A stretch of 14,090 bases of DNA from Thermoproteota archaeon (GTDB lineage: Archaea > Korarchaeota > Korarchaeia > B14-G2). This document shows, piece by piece, positions 7,501 through 14,090 of the stretch. The stretch lies in the NCBI GenBank assembly GCA_037917675.1, contig JAVCBW010000017.1, positions 1 to 14,090 on the forward strand. The letters run 5' to 3'. The position numbers and the translations under genes are program-made. Numbering within the stretch: the stretch's first letter is position 1; each line of letters begins with the position of its first letter. Under the pieces are notes generated by a model. It was not told the origin of the DNA. It was given only the letters and a program-made list of their open reading frames with translations, and made no database searches.

Positions 7501-8190
7501 ATGGATGTGTTTGAGGCTATCTACCTTAGGAGGAGCATCCGCCACTTTAAGCCAGGGCGTGTCCCAGACTGGATGCTAGAGAAGATACTTGACGCAGCAC
7601 GCTACGCTCCATCACCAGAGAATGTTCAGCCATGGAGGTTCATAGTCATAAGAGACCAGGAGGCAAAGAGGTTCCTAGCAGACATGGCGCAGGAGACCTC
7701 CTCAGCTGCATTTGGAGCAGTCAGATACGAGATGACTGACGAGAGGCTCTGGTACACCCCAAAGGAAGCTAGGATAGACACCATAGCAACGATGTTCGAT
7801 GGCTCTCTCTTCAGGTATCCTGAAGATGCTGATGTAGTGGTCCTAGGCTGCACTACAGAGCACATGTATGACATCCCGTCTATCCCAGAGTCTCTAAGAG
7901 AGATAACTGACATGGCCTTCTCGATGGCAGTCCAAAACATGTGGCTAGCAGCAACAGCACTAGGCTTAGGAGCAGCATGGAACAGCTTCCCAATGATAGG
8001 GGATGAGAGGAGGCGAGCCATGGTAGCAAGGTACTTTGGGATCCCTAGGAAGTGGAGGCCGATTACAGCTTTCTGCATAGGCTACCCGAGGAGAGCTAGG
8101 ATAGTTGGCCCAACGAGATATCCTATTGAAGGAGTCTGCTTCGAAGAGTACTGGGGTAGGCCATACATAAGGAAGGCGCTAAGGAGGTGA
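7501..8190 (+). CDS. Nitroreductase-family FMN-dependent oxidoreductase
   Basis: RRSIRHF FMN-phosphate motif, ILDAARYAPSPENVQPWRFIVI, AVQNMWLAATALGLGAAW, IGYP and a C-terminal R.P. Confidence 0.93.
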   Translation: MDVFEAIYLRRSIRHFKPGRVPDWMLEKILDAARYAPSPENVQPWRFIVIRDQEAKRFLADMAQETSSAAFGAVRYEMTDERLWYTPKEARIDTIATMFDGSLFRYPEDADVVVLGCTTEHMYDIPSIPESLREITDMAFSMAVQNMWLAATALGLGAAWNSFPMIGDERRRAMVARYFGIPRKWRPITAFCIGYPRRARIVGPTRYPIEGVCFEEYWGRPYIRKALRR

Positions 8191-8194
8191 GGTC

Positions 8195-8476
8195 ATGCCC
8201 ATAGCAGTTGAGCTCCCAGGCAGCCTGGAGGAGAAGCTCAGGAAGCTAGCTGAGAAGGCTGGAGTGAAGCCTGAGGAGCTCTGTAAGATCATACTGGAGG
8301 AGTGGCTTACAGAAGGGGATCTCGTAGTCGGCAGAGTCAGGCGTGGCATCCAGCACATAGCTATAGACTGGCCTTGGGGCTTTACCCTCCTGAGGAAGAC
8401 AGATGAGGGTGTCAGCGTGCTCAAGAAGTCAGCTGGGATATTTGAGAGATCTGCACTCGACTACGAGTTCATCTAG
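8195..8476 (+). CDS. Small protein with probable N-terminal ribbon-helix-helix (CopG-like) domain, 93 aa
   Basis: Strong RBS GGAGGTGAGG across the upstream stop. IAVELP-GSLEEKLRKLAEKAG-VKPEELCKIILEEWL fits the strand, helix, G-turn, helix pattern. The beta-rich C-terminal half is unrecognised. Confidence 0.75.
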   Translation: MPIAVELPGSLEEKLRKLAEKAGVKPEELCKIILEEWLTEGDLVVGRVRRGIQHIAIDWPWGFTLLRKTDEGVSVLKKSAGIFERSALDYEFI

Positions 8477-8488
8477 GAGGTGACTTAG

Positions 8489-8737
8489 GTGAGTGAGTGG
8501 CTTGGTAAGCCTCATGTGAAAAGGGATGAGCTAGCTAGGTGGCTTCGTGAAACTCCCTTCATGGGGAGCATAGCTAGGTGGTTCCTAGAGCAGCAATGTA
8601 CTCACGTCGAGCTTGTGATACCAAAGGAGTGGAACGAGAAGCTTGAGAGGAAGATGGTTGAGAAGTATGGGTCAGTTTCAGCTGCCAACCTCAGACGCCT
8701 CTGCATGGATGCCTTAAGAGAGTACATAGAGAAGTAG
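8489..8737 (+). CDS. Small protein with probable C-terminal ribbon-helix-helix domain, 82 aa
   Basis: RBS GGAGGTGA at 8476-8483. THVELVIP-KEWNEKLERKMVEKYG-SVSAANLRRLCMDALREYIEK fits an RHH with a longer turn. The Trp-rich N-terminal half is unrecognised. Confidence 0.7.
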   Translation: MSEWLGKPHVKRDELARWLRETPFMGSIARWFLEQQCTHVELVIPKEWNEKLERKMVEKYGSVSAANLRRLCMDALREYIEK

Positions 8738-8750
8738 CTGGGTGGTGGCT

Positions 8751-9125
8751 GTGGTATCAGCTGAGGGGATAGCTCAGGCATTTAGGCAGCTTGCTGAAGC
8801 AGCTAACTCAAGCGAGGAGGCCAGGGAGAAGGTGAGGAGATGGCTTGAAGGCTACTATGGGAAGATACATGCCTTCAAGATAGGAGACAAGGAGTTCCAC
8901 GTCGTGTTCTACCCTGATGGGACAGTGAAGTTTGTTGAAGGGCCATATCATGCTCCAGACCTCTGGATCATAACAGACCCAGAGAGCTGGGAGAAGCTCG
9001 TCACGATGCAGGCTAGGTGGACAGACCTCCTTAAGGAGGGCAAGATGACGATAATAGGAGCTGCAAACGAGATGCTGATACTTACAGAGCTAGCCATGGC
9101 TACAGGAGTCATACCACTCGGGTAG
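8751..9125 (+). CDS. Divergent SCP2-like lipid-binding domain protein, about 124 aa
   Basis: KIHAFKIGDKEFHVVFYPDGTVKFVEGPYHAPDLWIITDPESWEKLVTMQARWTDLLKEGKMTIIG matches the SCP2 pattern. The start is GTG 8751 after GGTGG, or 8742 as in the track. Confidence 0.8.
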   Translation: MVSAEGIAQAFRQLAEAANSSEEAREKVRRWLEGYYGKIHAFKIGDKEFHVVFYPDGTVKFVEGPYHAPDLWIITDPESWEKLVTMQARWTDLLKEGKMTIIGAANEMLILTELAMATGVIPLG

Positions 9126-9135
9126 CAGCTCCCAG

Positions 9136-9393
9136 CTACTCGTAGGTAACCTCTACTCTAACCCCAGCTACAGACGAGGAGACAGCTCTACTGACAGTGC
9201 TAGCTACCTCAGGGCTACACCCATGGACCAGAAGCTCCATGACATGCCAGCCTGCCCGGAGCCCAGCATACACTACACACCCGCTTTTCACAGCTATGAC
9301 ATCTAGGCCATGTCTCCTCACAGAGAACCCTAGCTTACTGAGAGCTGAGGCAGCTGCCTCCCTCACTCTAACAGCCTCCTTGAGGGGAAGCAA
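9136..9393 (-). CDS. Hypothetical protein, about 85 aa
   Basis: Fills the gap and converges on the SCP2-like gene. I prefer TTG 9393 to the track's ATG 9411, which is only 6 nt from the TATA box. Confidence 0.65.
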   Translation of the reverse strand: MLPLKEAVRVREAAASALSKLGFSVRRHGLDVIAVKSGCVVYAGLRAGWHVMELLVHGCSPEVASTVSRAVSSSVAGVRVEVTYE

Positions 9394-9415
9394 GCTAGAC
9401 TCCCCTCCCATATAC

Positions 9416-9428
9416 CCTTATAAAGCTA
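9416..9428. promoter_or_regulatory. Probable bidirectional TATA element
   Basis: CCTTATAAAGCTA, identical to 2556-2568. TTATAAA (9418-9424) sits about 25 nt from TTG 9450 (+) and about 24 nt from TTG 9393 (-). Confidence 0.65.
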
Positions 9429-9449
9429 GCTCAATGTGAAGGTGCAAGC

Positions 9450-10697
9450 TTGCAGCTCGCCATATTTGAAGACCTAGCATATAGGAGCTTCCTTCCCCTA
9501 GCTTACATGCACCCTGTCTTTGAGCTGAAGTGTGGCGTATACTCGCTCAGGGAGAGGGCTGAGCTGACACTAGGTAAGGCTCAGCTACTCTATACCAGAG
9601 GCTACCTGGCTCCGAAGCTAAGGCTCCTAGGCTACAGGGTCAACGAGCAGGCTGAGGGAGGGCTAATGCTCCTGAACGCTAGGGTTTTAGCTGACAGCAG
9701 GCTAGTAAGACACCTAGCCTCAATGCCTCAGAGGGCAGCAGCCTTCAGCGGAGAGGCCTTAGCATACGCGAAGCTCCCACCTAGCTTAGCAGCTAAGGCT
9801 TCTGAGCTCCTCTCAGAGCATAGGATAGAGGAGGCTGTGAAGCTCATCTCTAGAGAGTGCACTGCAGTCAAGCCTGCTGTACCTCTTGTAAGCTACCCAT
9901 GGGAGCTTGTTGACCTTACAGCTGAGCTCCTAGCCAGCGATATCAGGAGGCTAGACTGGAGCACACAGGGAGAAGCCGATGGCACAGTGAAGGTCATAGG
10001 GGGAGGAGGCTTCCACGTAGCTAAGGGAGCTAGGGTGGAGCCTTATGTGGTAGCTGATACCAGAAGAGGCCCTGTTTACGTCGACTCTGGTGCCCTCGTA
10101 GAGTCCTTTTCTCTCCTTAAGGGCCCACTCTACATAGGCAGGAAGACTATAGTCTTCCCGAGCCTCCTAGACACCAGCTGCATCGGAGAAGTATGCAGGA
10201 TTGGAGGTGAGGTATCACACTCAATTTTCCACGGGTACTCAAACAAGAGGCACTACGGCTTCATAGGCCACAGCTACATTGGGATGTGGGTCAACATGGG
10301 AGCTGGCACAACCAACTCAAACCTCAAGAACACCTATGGCCCAGTGAGGGTTAGGATCGGGGAGCTCAGAGTCGACACAGGAAGGCAGTTTGTAGGCTGC
10401 TACATAGCAGACCACGTGAAGACATCGATTGGAGCAGTGCTCCTCTGCAGGAAGATAGGTGTAGCTTCACATGTCTATGGGACAGCTACCGGAGACATCC
10501 CATCCTTCACAGCCTGGGCTGCAGGAAGGCTCATTGAGCTCAAGCTGGAGAGCATACTTGAGACAGCTAGGAGGATGATGGCTAGGAGAGGCGTAGCATT
10601 GACGATAGAAGACGAGCAGGCTCTCAGACACATATACCAGGAGACAAAGGGGGAGAGAGAAGCTTTACACGTGGAGAAAGGAGAGCTCTCACTTTAA
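9450..10697 (+). CDS. GlmU-related putative sugar nucleotidyltransferase/acyltransferase (NTP_transf_4-like N-domain plus left-handed beta-helix)
   Basis: N-terminal FED...FLPLAYMHPVFELKCG and YPWELVD, hexapeptide repeats, and GGEVSHSIFHGYSNKRHYGFIGHSYIGMWVNMGAGTTNSNLKNTYG, typical of the 'alternative GlmU' family. Confidence 0.85.
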   Translation: MQLAIFEDLAYRSFLPLAYMHPVFELKCGVYSLRERAELTLGKAQLLYTRGYLAPKLRLLGYRVNEQAEGGLMLLNARVLADSRLVRHLASMPQRAAAFSGEALAYAKLPPSLAAKASELLSEHRIEEAVKLISRECTAVKPAVPLVSYPWELVDLTAELLASDIRRLDWSTQGEADGTVKVIGGGGFHVAKGARVEPYVVADTRRGPVYVDSGALVESFSLLKGPLYIGRKTIVFPSLLDTSCIGEVCRIGGEVSHSIFHGYSNKRHYGFIGHSYIGMWVNMGAGTTNSNLKNTYGPVRVRIGELRVDTGRQFVGCYIADHVKTSIGAVLLCRKIGVASHVYGTATGDIPSFTAWAAGRLIELKLESILETARRMMARRGVALTIEDEQALRHIYQETKGEREALHVEKGELSL

Positions 10698-10724
10698 AGG
10701 CAGCAAAGGTCACGGCAGGAGGCC

Positions 10725-11663
10725 TCAGCTCAGCTCCTCCAGCAGCCCCGTAGCTAAAGACCTGAACCTCCACTTACTGATCTTACCTCCCCTGCCTATA
10801 CACTCAACCAGCCCCCTCTCCTCTAGGTAGGCTAGGTAGCCTAGCACTGCTCTCTCACATGCAGCCTGCATCCAGGGGCCTCTTGGCCTATAGACTTCCA
10901 TAGCCACCTGCCTAACTGTTTTCTCGCTGCCAACAGAATTCAAGACCTCTCTTAGCCTCCTCTCCCTCCCCTGGATTATCCTCCTAGCTCTCTCCTCAGC
11001 TCTCCTAGTAGGCCTCCCATGAGCTGGCAGCACAAGCCTAGGCTTGAGCTCAGCTATCCTCCTCAGAGACTTCATGTAGAGGCTATGGCTTCCTGCTGGA
11101 GGACCAATCCAAGTTGGCCCCTCACCTAGCATGTCTCCTGACAGCATCACTCTACTCTCCTCCTCCAAGAGGGCTATATGTCCTGGTGTATGCCCTGGTA
11201 GCTCCAGCACCCTGAACCTAGCCTCCCCAACCTTCACGACATCTCCATCTGACAGTGTAGCATCCACTCTTGCCTCATGGAACCCCATGAACCTGAATGC
11301 AGCCTTCATCATAAGCCTCTCAAAGCCACTCACACCATAGTATAGTGTGAGCAGCTTCCCCATATCCTCTATCACCTCAGCTTCTCTCCTCGAGGCAAGT
11401 GCTAGCGTACCTGTACTCTGCAGGTGCTTAGCTCCACCAGCATGGTCAGGGTGTGCATGTGAAACAACTACAGCCTCCCCACTTAGCTCCCTAGCAGCCT
11501 TAAGCACTCTCCTAGCAGCAGACCTATAGCCTGGCCCACTATCGAACACCAGAGCTTCACCTGAGCTCACCACAACATAGACACTGACTTCAGGCATCAT
11601 CCTACCAGCTGGAATCACAACCCTATAGTACTCTACTCCCCCCTCTCTAGCTACCAGCTGCAT
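10725..11663 (-). CDS. Metallo-beta-lactamase-fold hydrolase with probable C-terminal winged helix (LACTB2/glyoxalase II-like)
   Basis: FDSG, SHAHPDHAGG (HxHxDH), PGHTPGH, SGD and PAHG, with C-terminal KTVRQVAMEVY...YLAYLEERGLV. Confidence 0.92.
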   Translation of the reverse strand: MQLVAREGGVEYYRVVIPAGRMMPEVSVYVVVSSGEALVFDSGPGYRSAARRVLKAARELSGEAVVVSHAHPDHAGGAKHLQSTGTLALASRREAEVIEDMGKLLTLYYGVSGFERLMMKAAFRFMGFHEARVDATLSDGDVVKVGEARFRVLELPGHTPGHIALLEEESRVMLSGDMLGEGPTWIGPPAGSHSLYMKSLRRIAELKPRLVLPAHGRPTRRAEERARRIIQGRERRLREVLNSVGSEKTVRQVAMEVYRPRGPWMQAACERAVLGYLAYLEERGLVECIGRGGKISKWRFRSLATGLLEELS

Positions 11664-11683
11664 GCTGCTCCTCTAGATAATGC

Positions 11684-11694
11684 AAATTTTTTAA
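11684..11694. promoter_or_regulatory. AT-rich TATA-like element between the divergent MBL and CLC genes
   Basis: AAATTTTTTAA in a 61-bp gap, about 30 nt from ATG 11725 and about 20-23 nt from minus-strand ATG 11663. Confidence 0.5.
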
Positions 11695-11724
11695 CCCTAG
11701 CGATAGCGTGTAATAAGGCCTACT

Positions 11725-13515
11725 ATGCAGGGCCTGATAAGCCCTCGTGCCATCTGGAGGAAGCCAGAGCTCAAGCTTCTAGCCCTCTCAATGCTGATAG
11801 GCTTGCTAGGTGGCTTGACAGCTGTCATATTCTACTACATGCTCCACCTTTTCTCAGCTTTCTTCCTAGGGTACTTGGCCTGCTACCACCCTCCCTCAGC
11901 TGGCGGAGAGCTCTCTCCATTCCACTTCAATGGGGCAGGGGAATTTAGGAGGGGGGTTCTGCTAGCTCTACCAGCTCTAGGAGGGCTTGTTTCAGGGGTT
12001 CTCGTCTATACGCTTGCTCCTGAGGCAGAGGGGCATGGGACCGACGCAGCTATAGAGGCGTTTCACAAGCTATCAGGTTTCATAAGAGCTAGGGTGCCTC
12101 TCGTGAAGGCCATAGCCTCAGCCTTCACCATAGGGACAGGTGGAAGCGCAGGCAGAGAGGGGCCTGTCGCCCAGATGAGCGCTGGGCTAGGCTCGATCAT
12201 AGCCAAGGCGCTCAAACTGAGCACTAGAGAGCGAGAGATCCTTATGATATCAGGTATAGCAGCTGGGATAGGTAGCATATTCAAGGCCCCATTTGGAGCA
12301 GCGCTGTTTGCAGTTGAAGTGCTCTATAAGAGGGATTATGAAGCTGACGCATTCATCCACGCCATAATCTCCTCCTTCACAGGGTATAGTGTGTTCGGGC
12401 TGGCTACAGGCTGGCAGCCTATATTCACTGTCCCACCATACGCCTTCTCCCCCTCTGAGCTGCCTGCCTTCGCTATGCTAGGGCTTGTCTGCGGCCCACT
12501 CTCAATACTCTACGTTAAGGTCTTTTATGGGATGAGGGACAAGCTTTTCAAGCGCATGAAGATACCAAGCCACCTGAAGCCTGCTATAGGAGGCTTGATG
12601 CTCGGCGCCTTAGGGGTGCTCTTCCCATATGCTATTGGGACAGGGTACGGCTGGATCCAGCAGGCTCTGACCGGAAGCCTTGAGCTGAACGTGGCTGCTC
12701 CTCTTGTGCTCCTCAAGATCCTAGCTACCTCCTTCACCATAAGCTCAGGTGGAAGCGGAGGGGTATTCGCTCCCTCTCTGGTGATAGGGTCTATGGTTGG
12801 TGCATCAATGTCCTTCCTTATAGGCGAGATGCTCTCTCAGCCTAAGATACTCCCGCTAATTGGGATGGCAGCCTTCTTCGCTGGAGCAGCTAAGTGCCCA
12901 CTCTCCTCAATCGTCATGGTCGCTGAGATGACTGGAGACTACAACATACTTGTCCCAGCTATAGTAGCGTCAGCTCTCTCCTACATGCTATCAGGAGAGT
13001 GGAGCATATATGAGAAGCAGATGCTTAACAGGGTAAGGTCACCGGCCCACTTCGATGAGATAGTCTCAGAGCTCTCGAAGGCCACAATGGAGCTGTCGAA
13101 GAATGCTAGAAGGGTCCTCATGGCCCTAAAAGCTAGGGAGGTGATGTCCAGAAGCCTTGTTACAGTGGGTAAAGATGAGCCACTCGAACTTGTCTACCAG
13201 CTTATGCTCAAGACAGGCCATCACAGCTTCCCAGTCACAGACAGAGGTAAGCTTGTAGGCTTCATCTCACTACACGAGCTCGGCAAGGTCAGCAGAGATC
13301 TCTGGAGGAAGACCAGGGTTGAGGAAGCCATGGTTAAGCATGTTAAGACGGTCTCAGAGGACGAGTCAGCCTACAATGTCGCCTTAGAGATGGAGAAGCT
13401 AAAAGTAGGGAAGCTCGTGGTAGTAGACAGGAATGACCCACAGAAGCCAGTTGGTGTGATATCGAAGTCAGATATACTCAAGGCATACAACACAGCTTTA
13501 ATCCTATCAATCTGA
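11725..13515 (+). CDS. CLC-family chloride channel / H+/Cl- antiporter with C-terminal CBS pair
   Basis: GHGTD (position of GSGIP), GSAGREGP, FKAPFGAALFAVEVL, GGSGGVFAPSL, EMTG and SIY, followed by two CBS repeats (EVMSRSLVTV...FPVTD; EAMVKHVKTV...GVISKSDIL). Confidence 0.96.
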   Translation: MQGLISPRAIWRKPELKLLALSMLIGLLGGLTAVIFYYMLHLFSAFFLGYLACYHPPSAGGELSPFHFNGAGEFRRGVLLALPALGGLVSGVLVYTLAPEAEGHGTDAAIEAFHKLSGFIRARVPLVKAIASAFTIGTGGSAGREGPVAQMSAGLGSIIAKALKLSTREREILMISGIAAGIGSIFKAPFGAALFAVEVLYKRDYEADAFIHAIISSFTGYSVFGLATGWQPIFTVPPYAFSPSELPAFAMLGLVCGPLSILYVKVFYGMRDKLFKRMKIPSHLKPAIGGLMLGALGVLFPYAIGTGYGWIQQALTGSLELNVAAPLVLLKILATSFTISSGGSGGVFAPSLVIGSMVGASMSFLIGEMLSQPKILPLIGMAAFFAGAAKCPLSSIVMVAEMTGDYNILVPAIVASALSYMLSGEWSIYEKQMLNRVRSPAHFDEIVSELSKATMELSKNARRVLMALKAREVMSRSLVTVGKDEPLELVYQLMLKTGHHSFPVTDRGKLVGFISLHELGKVSRDLWRKTRVEEAMVKHVKTVSEDESAYNVALEMEKLKVGKLVVVDRNDPQKPVGVISKSDILKAYNTALILSI

Positions 13516-13844
13516 CAGCCTAGCCACCTCAACCCAGCTTCCACCCATCTTCTTAAACGAAAACCCTCTTAACCTCCAACCACAGGCTTACATATCACAT
13601 GTGCTACAGTTTATGTCAGCAGCCTCTGAAGCCTCTCCTCAAGACGCTGGAAGACCTGACCTCAAGCCATACATACATGCTAACCCCTTAGAATACTTTT
13701 TCGCTAACGAAAGAGAAAACCCTTAGGAATATAGCGCCTCTACTATCACCATATCCGCCCGCTTTAGGTTCAAGTAGGAGGATATACTTCTGATCCTGCC
13801 ATAGAAGCATTGTTCTTGGTGTAAAGGCGTCGAATCATACGCCT

Positions 13845-13983
13845 AGCTCCTCCTAGCTTAAGCTAGTCTATGTAGAAGCCTGCTACAGGTGGTTTCACTG
13901 TAGCATGTTCGTGTTTTAGAGCCAGCTTCGTCTTTCTCACGATTCTAGCCAGGTAGTTAAGCTACATAGGAGCTAGAGGAGCT
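13845..13983. repeat. Imperfect long-range inverted repeat enclosing internal hairpins
   Basis: AGCTCCTCCTAGCT (13845-13858) pairs with AGCTAGAGGAGCT (13971-13983, one bulge). CTATGTAG (13868-13875) pairs with CTACATAG (13962-13969). Internal hairpin TGCTACAGGTG-GTTT-CACTGTAGCA at 13881-13905. Confidence 0.45.
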
Positions 13984-14090
13984 CGATAACTGAATATCCA
14001 ATAAATACCATGGGTTAGGAGATGAGGGTTAGGGGAGAGGGCTACCTCCATCTAGGTAGCATCCAGCTTACAGCTATGGCAGCACCTAGA

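Noticed and set aside
7501-8190. Calling the nitroreductase BluB or an F420-biosynthesis FbiB domain
   Set aside because: It has RRSIR rather than the BluB-type RRDVR, and there are no cobalamin or F420 genes nearby.
8195-8737. Type II toxin-antitoxin pair
   Set aside because: Both small proteins look RHH-like, and neither shows PIN, RelE, MazF, HicA or HEPN features.
11696-11724. Fluoride (crcB) riboswitch ahead of the CLC gene (GCGAT...TAAT...CCTAC)
   Set aside because: Too short and missing the central pseudoknot and stem segment. The CLC also lacks the fluoride-type GNNLI/GREGT motifs.
2981-12740. Other short track ORFs overlapping identified genes (e.g. 2981-3232, 3452-3766, 4627-5094, 4903-5130, 5529-5909, 6293-6652, 7626-8078, 8179-8424, 9197-9439, 11131-11529, 12063-12740)
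   Set aside because: Antisense or off-frame to well-supported genes, with no motifs of their own.
13516-14090. CRISPR array, tRNA or protein-coding gene in the right-hand tail
   Set aside because: No regularly spaced repeats and no cloverleaf. Only short frames are present (a 40-aa minus-strand ORF, and ATG 14022 open for 23 codons to the edge), with no recognisable homology and poorly placed promoter or RBS signals.

Overview
Gene-dense archaeal window. It has TATA/BRE-type promoters, GGTG/GAGG ribosome-binding sites, AGG/ATA-rich codons and a strong CTAG/AGCT word bias. A thermophilic Thermoproteota lineage is my inference, not something the sequence proves. Left to right: (1) a minus-strand ABC exporter, with an ATPase and a 538+ codon ABC-2 permease that the ORF track misses and that appears to carry a C-terminal PrsW-type intramembrane protease domain; (2) a small hypothetical gene; (3) an acyl-CoA/beta-oxidation operon of HDCF-type thiolase, DUF35, 3-hydroxyacyl-CoA dehydrogenase and enoyl-CoA hydratase, the last two one base away from a single fused ORF; (4) a stand-alone SCP2 lipid-binding gene; (5) a compact operon of nitroreductase, two mirror-image ribbon-helix-helix proteins and a second SCP2 protein, the best candidate for an undescribed system; (6) a hypothetical gene and a GlmU-related gene sharing one TATA box; (7) an MBL-fold hydrolase; (8) a CLC-CBS transporter; (9) a 575-bp tail with no long ORF and many hairpins. 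I see no rRNA, tRNA, CRISPR array or transposase.
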